A stretch of DNA of 64,000 nucleotides from Corallochytrium limacisporum Hawaii (taxonomy: Eukaryota; Protista; Pluriformea). Within the stretch, counting starts at the first letter, position 1; each line of letters opens with the position of its first letter. The notes under the pieces are model-generated. The model did not search any database, had not been told where the DNA came from, and was given only the letters and a program-made list of their open reading frames with translations. The stretch lies in NCBI GenBank assembly GCA_002811645.1, contig PDIP01000028.1:127105-191104 (forward strand), written 5' to 3'. The translations under genes and the position numbers were made by a program. Below, piece after piece: positions 54,186-64,000 of the stretch.

Positions 54186-57100
54186 CTATCCGAAGATGGG
54201 TGACCCCTCCTTAATGGGTAGTCCAGTCTCGGGATGCTGCCTGGGATCGCTCTCAACATCGAGCATGACCATGCCCGGTGCCACATTATTCGGCGCGTTG
54301 GTAACTGACCGGAGATTCAGTCCAACCATGCGGATGCGCAGATCTTCCACCTGAGTTGTCTTCAGCCACGGCGTGTTCACTTGGACGGTAGTGGACTCTG
54401 ACGGCAGCAGTGTCACGCAGTTATCAGACCAGAAGACGGGTAGGAGACGACATTGGTCGCGGTACCAGAGCTGCGCCTGCACGCACATCAGCGGGTACTT
54501 CTCGGAAGAGTTTGAAAATGTCACGATAAGAGGAGGACAATCCGACGGATGTGGGTTGCTGCTGAAGTTTGGTCTCACCAGTGGCCGCATCACGGACACA
54601 GTCATATCGCATTTGGGCATCTTGGCGAAGACACTGAGGTCGATATTCTCTTTGCCAGAGCCAATACCACGGTGCCAGTAGACATTGCGTGACAGGAGGA
54701 ACTGGGTCGTGTCGACATCAGTTGGCTTCGCATTGGCCCGCAATTCGAGGCAAACTACAACTGCATCCTTCAGACGCCTCCAGACGTTGCCTTCATCATC
54801 CTCAGATCCAGTTTTTACTGCACGCAGGGTCGACATGGGACCAGAAGGGAGGGGCAGGTTCTGCCATGTGAACGTCTCAAGCTGTTGTGTCCCTACAAAC
54901 AAGCGCTTGACGATAAGGTCTAGCGTAGACGCCTCCGATACCTCACGATGCGCAATTACAGATATGCTGTAGTCGTCTTCATTCAGCATGACATGCACTG
55001 GTTCACAGGCCTTCCGAGTGGCGTACAATGCAGCACAAGGCTCCATATCGTGATGGTATAGCTGCCACACGAAAGATGGTTGCGCTGGGTTTGACATCCA
55101 CACAAAAACTCCACGGCATGGATCGTTTAGCGCGGCCAGACGACCCTCGAACAGGGCTCGGTGGCTCTCGTAGCAAGCGACAGAGCCCTTCAACGCAAAA
55201 TCACGTGCATTGCGGAACTCTCCGTAACGCTGTGCCAAGTCTGCCGGGAAGGTGTCGCCGCGGGAAGCGCCCCGGGCCAGGTCGCGGTGCGCCCATGCAT
55301 CAGTGATAGCGTTCAGGTCCAGATCGGTGTCAGGGAGCATGCCACGAATGCTCTGCCACGAGGGGATGCTCACGCTGCCGATTTCGCTTTTGGTAATCTC
55401 GTTCTCAGAGTCAAAGTGGTAGTAGGCCTGTGGTGGTCGCCAACAATATGGCCCTCCGCTCTGAACACCGAGGCTCGGTGGTGGAGAAGTCGCCATTTGA
55501 GCTCGTGGGTGCTGCGGTGGGGGTGCCCCAGGTTTCCCGCTCGACGAGACATATGGCGTCCCCGTAGCCCCGAAGGTAGCCACAATGCGCCGGAGACCAT
55601 CGTCAAGAAGCGGAGGTGGATAGCCCTCGTTCCGTCCGCAATACAAGAGTACGCACGGGTGGCCACCGAAACGCATAACTTTCGAGCGTGCATTGTCGAG
55701 ATAGATGTCGGACCTGAGCGGATCGGGACCATCCGAAGGGTTTGGTTGAAAGAACTCGTCCCAGAGCAGCAGACCGTGCCGATCGCAGGCATCGTAAAGT
55801 GCTTCACTTGTGCTCTGTCCAACCCAGTTACGGATGAGATTCAGCCCAGCGTGGACATGGTAAGCGACCCGCTGATCAATGGCCGCACCGAAGATCCGTT
55901 TCAGCCCTTCGTCCATGCCCCAGTTGCCACCGCGCAGAAAGAGCGGCACGCCGTTAATGCTCACGGCGAGGGGCCCATCCCCAAGCTCTCCAGATCCACC
56001 AACGCTGTAGTGAAACTTGCGTACGCCGAAGACCACGCTGCACGGATTTGTAAGGACCTTGGGAACCCTATGGAGGCTACCAATTCCACCACGTCTGGCT
56101 GGAGGAAGCTGTAATTGGACTGTTAGCCGGTAGAGCGGCTGGCTCCCGAGGTCATGAGTCCACCACAGCCGCGGATGCTTCATAAGCAATGCATTGGCAC
56201 AACCAGTTGATCGACTGTTAAGGCGCAAGTGGACTACCGGGGATGTGTCGGATGGTAACTCAGTCTTGGGGTCTAGGCGGTAGCGGAAGGTACCCACTGG
56301 AGAAGTGGGATCTGCCTCGGTGGTGATGATCCCAACGAGATCCAATGGATGAGGGTCACCATCAGTTCTGCGCAATTGCGTCAGCTGTAGTCGAACCTCT
56401 AGTTCCGCTGCTAGTGGCAGATCAACTTCACTGGATTCAGTAATGTCATCCTTGTGATTCTTACCATTCCATTCTGGACCTAATCTGTGCTTTTCTGGCT
56501 TCCGCAAGGCCAGTGTACTCAACCGCACTGCATCTATGGCGTACCGCACGTGTTTGTCGCTCTTGGCGGTGTGAATCTCAACTCGAACAGGCTGCCAGAT
56601 TCCAGTGTTACGGTCGTGAATAGCAGTCAACCAGTCCCATCCAATACTGCACAGAAACGTCGGGCCGTCTTTCGCCGTGTCGCCGCCATTGCGTCCCATA
56701 CCATCACGGATCGTGTGTCGATGGGGAACTCCAGGGTTGGGCTGTGGCGAAACTTTGAGAAGAATGCTAACTGTGTCATCAGTGTCATCGTCCATATTAT
56801 GGCTATGGTAGTTTCTGCGTCGCCAATAGAACTTTCTCTCCTTGAAAGCTCCGACTGTAGAACCGATTCCTTGTCCATTTACAACAAACTGTCCTTCGTA
56901 GTTAATGCCCTCGAATATGAACGTAAGTCCTGTTACGTCGTTAGGATCTGTATTGGGATCCAAATCTCGAATGCGAAATGTTTTTGCGTAGGTCCATGAC
57001 TGTCTGCAAATGCTATCTGGAATGCGATCGTTGTTGTAGCCAACTAACGGTTCGTCGTAGACACCATTGACTACCAACGTGTGTAGGACGGTACCTGGTA

Positions 57101-57260
57101 CGGCGGCTGGTATCCAATCGTCATTGTACTGTAGTTTCCATCCATCACAGAAATCTACTGTATTTGTCACATCTATGATACGCACACTGTTGTTGTCACC
57201 ATTTGGCTCAGAGCCATCTTTGCGCCAGCACAGCGCTGAAAGGCAACCACGGCCGAACAT
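54186..57260 (-). CDS. Glycoside hydrolase family 2 (exo-beta-D-glucosaminidase / endo-beta-mannosidase-like)
   Basis: VPGTVLHTL, FEGINY, GWDW...DRNTGIWQ, FGVR, RGGNWG, NLIRNWVG, YDACDRHGLLLWDEF, YCGRNE, SEIG, WSDN. Confidence 0.9.
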   Translation of the reverse strand: MFGRGCLSALCWRKDGSEPNGDNNSVRIIDVTNTVDFCDGWKLQYNDDWIPAAVPGTVLHTLVVNGVYDEPLVGYNNDRIPDSICRQSWTYAKTFRIRDLDPNTDPNDVTGLTFIFEGINYEGQFVVNGQGIGSTVGAFKERKFYWRRRNYHSHNMDDDTDDTVSILLKVSPQPNPGVPHRHTIRDGMGRNGGDTAKDGPTFLCSIGWDWLTAIHDRNTGIWQPVRVEIHTAKSDKHVRYAIDAVRLSTLALRKPEKHRLGPEWNGKNHKDDITESSEVDLPLAAELEVRLQLTQLRRTDGDPHPLDLVGIITTEADPTSPVGTFRYRLDPKTELPSDTSPVVHLRLNSRSTGCANALLMKHPRLWWTHDLGSQPLYRLTVQLQLPPARRGGIGSLHRVPKVLTNPCSVVFGVRKFHYSVGGSGELGDGPLAVSINGVPLFLRGGNWGMDEGLKRIFGAAIDQRVAYHVHAGLNLIRNWVGQSTSEALYDACDRHGLLLWDEFFQPNPSDGPDPLRSDIYLDNARSKVMRFGGHPCVLLYCGRNEGYPPPLLDDGLRRIVATFGATGTPYVSSSGKPGAPPPQHPRAQMATSPPPSLGVQSGGPYCWRPPQAYYHFDSENEITKSEIGSVSIPSWQSIRGMLPDTDLDLNAITDAWAHRDLARGASRGDTFPADLAQRYGEFRNARDFALKGSVACYESHRALFEGRLAALNDPCRGVFVWMSNPAQPSFVWQLYHHDMEPCAALYATRKACEPVHVMLNEDDYSISVIAHREVSEASTLDLIVKRLFVGTQQLETFTWQNLPLPSGPMSTLRAVKTGSEDDEGNVWRRLKDAVVVCLELRANAKPTDVDTTQFLLSRNVYWHRGIGSGKENIDLSVFAKMPKCDMTVSVMRPLVRPNFSSNPHPSDCPPLIVTFSNSSEKYPLMCVQAQLWYRDQCRLLPVFWSDNCVTLLPSESTTVQVNTPWLKTTQVEDLRIRMVGLNLRSVTNAPNNVAPGMVMLDVESDPRQHPETGLPIKEGSPIFG

Positions 57261-59577
57261 AAGGTCAGGAACCAGCGAGATGCAAACCCGGTGCTGTAGT
57301 TCTCAGTCCATGAAGCACTAGATCTCGTCTGCGGGTGGTTTCGTGTCTCAGACTAGCATTGCCTGAAAAACGTAGAATCGTGACAGACATGGCAAGCGAA
57401 AAGACCGATGTTGCTCCACTACAAAGGAGCCTGTCACATCGCTTCGCATTCGAACGATCGAGGGTTCCTGGCAGGCAACTTTGCCCACCGGTTCTCAATG
57501 AGCCTGGGCCTTCGCGTACCCTAACCCAAATCTACCCCACCCATCATCAGCCACAGATACTCTCTCTCTCTCTGTCCAGCTCCTGGGTGTTGCGGGGGTT
57601 TCAATAAACGGGGGCCTAATTTATGTTCCGTTAACTCAAACTGATCAATTCCCTCTGCCCCCCAAGCAACTGGGGGGATTAGCAATGGCTCCTTGAGTAC
57701 TTCTTCTATGAGGCGACACAAAATCCTTGCGACATGGCTCACATCGAAGGAAGTAGTAGAAGGGAAACAAAATGCGCATTCAGTCCAAAGAGAGAGAAGG
57801 TCGAGAAAAATACTTTAGGCCCCCCCCTCTGCACAAGCGGCACAGGCCGGCCTAATGTCGGGTCCCGGGAGTCCAATTTGTCATTTGATTTTTGGTATGT
57901 TTTCTTTTTGATCCACATTGGGAAGATATATAAGTATAGTACCATCTATTGAAGCATGTATATAGTAACCGGAAAACCTATAGGCAGCGTCTGTTTTGAT
58001 GATGATCCTGACGACACCCTTCGTGCCTGAGATGAGTGTGCACTCTGTGCGAATACCTCGGGAATCATAGCAAACCCTGCCGATCACCTACTTTTTCATC
58101 GGGTAGTAACGCGCTCTCGACACTCACTTCTGGTTGATTGGGTACTGAAAGTCGAATATCGGGAAACTGCGTGCGCTCTTTTGGAACGAAAGACGTGGCC
58201 TTCGTCGCTTGTCCACGTACCACACAAAACACACAGTTTGACGTTTCAGGAGCGCATACGTAGACCGGCCGAAGCAGGGATTAGCTTGCTCTGCGCGCAC
58301 CGCCCAGTAGCGGTACAATTACGCGCCCGCCTACTTGTGTGGGTACTTTACTCATCAAATTTCGACTCTCCGCATCGCCCGTCGATCGATGCCATTCCCT
58401 GGAGCACAGGAACTGGCCAAGGGGCAGAGGATGCGAAGAAGACGAAAGAAGCTGCCTGAACTACGTAGTGTACGAAGTTCGAGGTAGACGCCTACATGCT
58501 ACCATCACAGTCACATCATGCACAGGCGACACGCACAGAAGTGCACACAAAACACATCCCACGGCTGATCGAGCACAGAAGGTACAGTGGGGCTGGGACG
58601 GCGCAAGCTTTTTCACAGAACAGCGCGCAACCAAAACTGACAATCAACTTTTAGTATCAACACTACAGGACACTGACGAAGCTTTTCCACCGGCTCCCAT
58701 TCGCTTCCGTTTCCAAAGCGAAACCGAATTTCAAACGGAGCCGTACCTAGAAAGAAGAGACGAAGCTCACGATTTCATTTTCTTGCGCTCTGTGGCAAAG
58801 TAGAAAAAGAGCAACCCCCCCCCCGGCGCTCTCTCCTCCCGCTCCGCACAGCAGCGGAAAAATTCCACCTTTTTCCCGGAGGTCCGTAAAGGACGCAACG
58901 TCTGTTGTCCACCCACCTACACTTAATCCATTATTCCATCCACGCATTTATCAAACCAACCATGTCGTAACCATTCAACCCACAGTATTTCTGTTTCTTT
59001 CTTTCTCGCGTCCGTAGACAGGCGGTGCATTAAACCGTTCGTCGCGTTAGGTGGGCATGTGTGAGTTCTTCGCTCTGATTTGTTTCGTGAGCTTCCAATC
59101 CTCATACTTTATCCAAAGCTCTCCTTGGGTCCGGTCTGTGGTTCTGTGGTGGCGACGACAGCCGTGCCCTCGTTGATTTGATCTATCAATATTGGTCGCA
59201 CACTGGTACTGACAGTCTTACAAGCCAGCATTGGATGGATGGATTGTGATGATGATCAGCCATTGTCAAAGGACACGGGGAACTAAGGCTATAACGGGTG
59301 CTGCGCAGTCGTGCCTCGAACCGTTTTAGGACACGATACTCCCCTCAGCACGGGCCGGTAAACCCCTATCAAAAACCAATTTGGTTCAAGCATTCCCGGG
59401 GTCAATTTTTCGTTTCCGTCCCGTGAGAACGGGGTTTGACAAGGAATTCGATAGTGGAACTATTGTACAATTTCCGGCAAGCGATGTGGATTTGAAACCT
59501 CTCTGAAACTGTTTCTGCGTTCTCGATGCGGTTTGCCCTTGCGCAGTAGGCAGTGTTTGTAGTTGTTGGTTGTCCCT

Positions 59578-59614
59578 GAGAGCGAGGGAGCGAGCGAGGG
59601 AGCGAGCGCGCGAG
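59578..59614. repeat. GAGC/GAGG simple repeat
   Basis: gagagcgagggagcgagcgagggagcgagcgcgcgag. Confidence 0.7.
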
Positions 59615-62600
59615 TTTACAGGCACTCCTCCAAAACAAATTCTTAGTTGTTCGACATGAACAGTTTTGGATGACTCCCAGCATTCTTGGGCGCTTATCGT
59701 GCGATTGTCTTCCACTACGAAGAATGCGAATAACGTGGCGGCATCAACAGTGGGTAGAGACGGGTGCACTACCGCAACACTATACGTTCGTCCTTAACTC
59801 ACAACCTCTCGGTTTGCGTGCTTCATTCGACGCACCCTTTGGATGCGGCCAGTTTCCAATTTGGGATTCACTGATGAAGCGGCCGTGCATGCATACCAGT
59901 GAGAATCAAGGGGCCCAAGACGGAGCAATTGTTGTGAATGAGTAGCAAAAGTGGACACGTTCGACCATTAATCTCATCACGCCTTTACTACTGCATCTCC
60001 GCAACTGACTCTGCTCTATGTCACAATTTTACCACCCCAGAATCTGCCTGATCTTCCCATTCTTGTTGTGTGACATGCAACAACAATGGAGTCAGCATGC
60101 TTGTGTTCATATTGATCGAGGCGCACCGAGAACACTTTCTGACTGAGCGCAACTATAGCGATGCATTCTCAGCACTCATGCAATCACCAGCTGATCTATG
60201 TATCTGGGCATGGTGTGCCGGGGTATCAGTTAGGGCTACGTCCCTGTTCCCCATGCATTATTTCCTTTGCCATTCTAGTTGATGATGGTCAAGAGCGTAT
60301 CGGTAAGCAAACTAACGAAGATAATACTTAAAGATCAAGGTTCGGTTTGTGTGTTTGTGTGGACTAGACTGGGTTTGTTGTTTTTGATAGCGATGACGGT
60401 AGATGAATCCCTTTGATGCGCGGTGATGGCCACCGTACCCAATTGGAGCACGCTGGAATGGAAAACACCACAGATATGGGGCCTAATCCAGTGGAGACAT
60501 GTGGGACCCAAGGATGGATGGCCGCGCTACGCACTGGGACGTCTACCAACAGCGGAGCAATGTGCCCGCCAGGAGGTCGAACAACGACTGCAGAGCCTGC
60601 CGAGAATGATCCGCGGACAGTTCTTCCTCAGGCCACTAGTTGTTGATATGTGTCAAATACGTGCTTGGATGTTCTGGTGCTGTCGCTTTGTGAGTGGCAC
60701 TGCTAGTTCTCATCGATCATCAACATACCCACAGTCGAAAACTGGATACCAGCCGTTGGTGTTATGCGCTCAAGACATGTGAGCGATTCGTTGTTGATGG
60801 TTGCAAATGATGCGATTGGGGCATCATGGCGAACAGGAACCGAGCCATGGAATCAACTAGCCCGTGTGTGCATGGCCGAAGATGGCAGACAGGGAGGACG
60901 ATACGCAGGGATCACTACAGATGCGGATAATGCGGCGGCTTACGCAAAAGACACAGGGTGTACTTGGCCGCAAGGAGCGCACCCACGAACGAGATTGGCT
61001 TTCGTCTGGGGCGTGGTTGGATCTAGTAGTACAAAATATGTCGCATAGAGACCCTGGACTACATACAAATAGTATCGAACTGTCAAATTTAGGAATTTTC
61101 AAGACCTATCCATTAGTATTTAAGGAGCAGAGTCTCATACCCACCAGGTCCTTACGCCAGTGTATGTTCCAAAAGGAACAAAGGCCCGATGAGAAAAATG
61201 CAGGTCATTTAGTATTAAAATGGACCTGGCTTTTTAGGGTTTTCGGGGGACAAAGGTGTGAACGGTACATCGTTTTTCTGCGCTCGTCGCGTACATCAGC
61301 CCACGAATCATTCTTCTTCGGTTTCCGTTCCCCAGTGCTACCAAAATTGACTACCAAATTATTTTCAAAATAGAATGCATAGTACCCTACGCGTCTAACA
61401 TTACACAGCTTAATTCACAAATTCAATTCAACAACAAACGCAAAAAAAAAAAAAAAACTGTCGGGAAAAAAACTGGGGCACGCAATACAACACCACCAAA
61501 AAAAAAAACAAACAAAGACGGCAAAGGAAAAAGGACCACCTCCCACATTTTGTCGGACTGGCATTAATCTCAAATTCTCTCCTGGACTCATAAAAATCTT
61601 ACCATCAGTGCCGGGCATTCTTTGTCACTCTGGTGCGTGCACGGCAGATCAATTCATCCAATCACTTGTGTCCCCTGCTCTTAGTCAATCAGTCCTTCCT
61701 AATGTCTGCCATCTATTTTCAGGGGTTCCCATGCTCCGACCACCATTTCTGTGGTCCGGGCAGTCCAAGGTAATTTCTGTGGTCGGGTCGCTCGGTTCCC
61801 GCCCCGTGTTTTGTCTACCTGTCGTCGCCCAAGACACATATGACCTGAGTAAAAAGAGTCACATTGTTTGACGAAATCCTGGAGCATTGGATGGCATGCA
61901 CATGGGAATGTGTCTGTGTGATATGGACTGGGTGCAAATCCAATACTGAAAGAATAGCCTGTCCACTCCGGTGTCAGTCAAAATTAAGTGGAGCACGCAA
62001 GCAAAGACGTCGCTGCTATCATCAAGACAGCCCCGCTTCTCACAGTCCACGCTAGTGGTTTGTGGGCAGGGCGGATATTGTCTAGGTCCTTTCTCCAATA
62101 TTAGGCAATAGATTTATTATGACCATATGTAACACTCTGGGAAACAGGGGATTTCACCCTGTTTGCGTCTCCCAATATTCGCTGTATTAAGTCCAGGAGC
62201 AGACCACAGGCCGAGAAAACCAGAAACAAAAATACAGATAAATGACGTATATTCAGTACTCAATCGTGGTGAAACCCATGTATGTTCAAAATCTATTTCA
62301 CACAAGGTCATGCCACTAGCCCCGACTGTTCGTTTGCCATAGCTCGTATGAGACCGATCGTTCAAACTGTCTGCACTCTGGGGCCACACAGTACTAAATA
62401 TATGCTTGTTTTTTCTGGTCCCACCCCAGGAAGCCGCCAGTTGGACTCACTGGCTGCACCAGCCAGCGAGACAGGCGCACACCGAGTCCGTTACGTCCCT
62501 ACGCGCTCACCCGCGGACGGACACAGCCGGGGGTACTGTTTTGGGTATCGCGGATCTCGGAGCTCCACCGCGTAAAGGCGCCATTATCCTATGTGGTACC

Positions 62601-63134
62601 CAAACAACGGAAACTCCGCTGGGACAATGGGGGTGTTGATTTTTGTGGCTGGTCTCTCTACTTTAACTTTATCTGTTCCTCTACTGACCGTAGTGGCGAC
62701 AGGCAAGGGGATGCGATGAGAGATTAGGACCGCTTTGCTGTTGTCGGACAAGAAAAGAGGAGACACAGAAAAAATGACTACCGTGTTGATTAGAGAAAAG
62801 GTCAGTACTTTTAATACTGACATGTAAGAGGAACGGCGTGCCTGTGAGGAGAAAATTTTCTTCAGGACGAGACTTAGCTCTCCTTCTTGTCAGTCTCCGC
62901 AGGTAGCAGAGTTCCCCCTTTCGGTTGCTGAGGAACTTTCTGGTAGCGCGGGCACACAGCCCGCCTGTTTCAGCGTAGATACCGGAAAACCGCTCCCGCG
63001 ACTGTACCATACGGAAACCGCCCTTGGAAAGTATGTAACAAGGGGACGAAAGGGCCTTACTCCTTTTAGGCAGTGTTATGATGAAATACTGCCGGGAGAT
63101 TTGTGTGACAAAAATGCAAAGGGGAGGGAGGGAT

Positions 63135-63175
63135 AGAGAGAGAGTGTGTGTGTGTGCGTGTGTGAGTGAGAGAGG
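63135..63175. repeat. Compound (GA)n(GT)n microsatellite
   Basis: agagagagagtgtgtgtgtgtgcgtgtgtgagtgagagagg. Confidence 0.7.
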
Positions 63176-64000
63176 GAAGGGTTCGTTTTGCTCACAAGTC
63201 ACCCCTCAGTTTCTGCACGGCTTTCTGATCGCGGGCGGAACCAAGTCGTTTCTCGCTCTCCAGTCGACCGAGGAACCATGGAGAGAAGACAGGAGCATGT
63301 TAATCGCATCAGTGACGAATGCTGACAGGTCATTGGGATGTGGGTGGGGTGGAACTTTCTCATGATGAACCATGGTCGCTTTCCAGTTATCACCGCCCGT
63401 GTCTCTCCTAAGGAAGGCTTGTGCTTACTGGCATGCCACGGATCAATAGCGATGCGCCTACCAATCCTCTTACGCGTTTGTTTTGCACGACTGACTGCGC
63501 AGCATGGCACAGCACGAACGATGACCGCGAACGTAGCCTGCTCGACAGCAAGCGTACGCCGTTCGTAGTCAGTGTCATCCGCGTGTGGTGGAGTGCACGC
63601 TTGCGCGCAGCAGAGTGCATGTGTGCTCATCCCTGCGAAAAATAAAAGCCCGATCCTGGCATCAACATTACCTGAAAGAACTGTTGTACATACCCCCTGA
63701 TCTCTGTAGCGTGTGCGCAAACGTCGTCGGCTCTTTGGCCCAATTTCCGTGCCATCCCCGCGTGTCTGATATTTTATTGCTCCACAAATCTTGTTCAACT
63801 TGGTAGGCCAGCTGTTCTCGCAAACTGTGCCTGTGTGCCGATTTTGATGCTCTCGTGTTTCAATGCCCAGTACCACCCTCTGTCTGGGAATATTGTATCA
63901 AATCTACTCATTTTGATTTAGCTCTGCCGTCGCTTGGGAGAGCGGGAAAATTTTGACAGATTCGAACTCAGCACCCTCGAATGTATAACTGTGCCAATCT

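Noticed and set aside
54095-54188. TAG-CTA readthrough context at the GH2 stop
   Set aside because: The extension ends SIQQ with no targeting signal; the motif alone is insufficient
55161-56114. 317-aa plus-strand ORF
   Set aside because: Antisense shadow of the GH2 gene
57518-57527. ACCCTAACCC as telomerase RNA template or telomeric repeat
   Set aside because: A 10-nt match is expected about once by chance in this window; no supporting structure seen
59578-59614. GAGC repeats resembling an AAV Rep-binding element
   Set aside because: No ITR hairpin or viral genes; simple purine-rich repeat
62681-63876. 173-aa and 225-aa minus-strand ORFs at the window end
   Set aside because: Non-ATG starts, microsatellite-derived sequence in one, no recognisable domains

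Overview
Compact eukaryotic genomic DNA with 24 recognisable protein genes, each in one uninterrupted ORF with no intron needed, and one 785-nt assembly gap (21388-22172). The genes are CDO1, C1D, PCBD, a PTP1B-like phosphatase, a GST-like protein, ACER3, HLTF, an IRP/aconitase-like protein, a double-hotdog thioesterase, a torsin-like AAA+ ATPase, ATP synthase delta, CERS1, dUTPase, AP-4 epsilon, XLF, a Rrn11/TAF1A-like protein, TXNL1, NAA30, LAMTOR1, C9orf78/Tls1, CCDC115, a CDC42SE-like protein, a multidomain NEDD4/Smurf-like HECT ligase and a GH2 glycosidase. Animal-like gene content plus intronless genes suggests an intron-poor unicellular holozoan such as Corallochytrium; this is inference. 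Highlights: (1) a catalytically dead IRP homolog that keeps its Fe-S ligands and carries IRP2-like hallmarks; (2) an ER-luminal torsin-like ATPase ending in KAEL; (3) a C1-C2-WW-FN3-CCCH-UIM-HECT ligase; (4) an XLF/Rrn11-like tandem pair only 10 nt apart; (5) two bacterial-type enzymes, one with a PTS1; (6) a regular layout of alternating gene strands with CnGn homopolymer blocks at 5' ends and in ORF-free deserts. No tRNA, rRNA, CRISPR array or transposon was recognised. All homology calls come from remembered motifs, not database searches.
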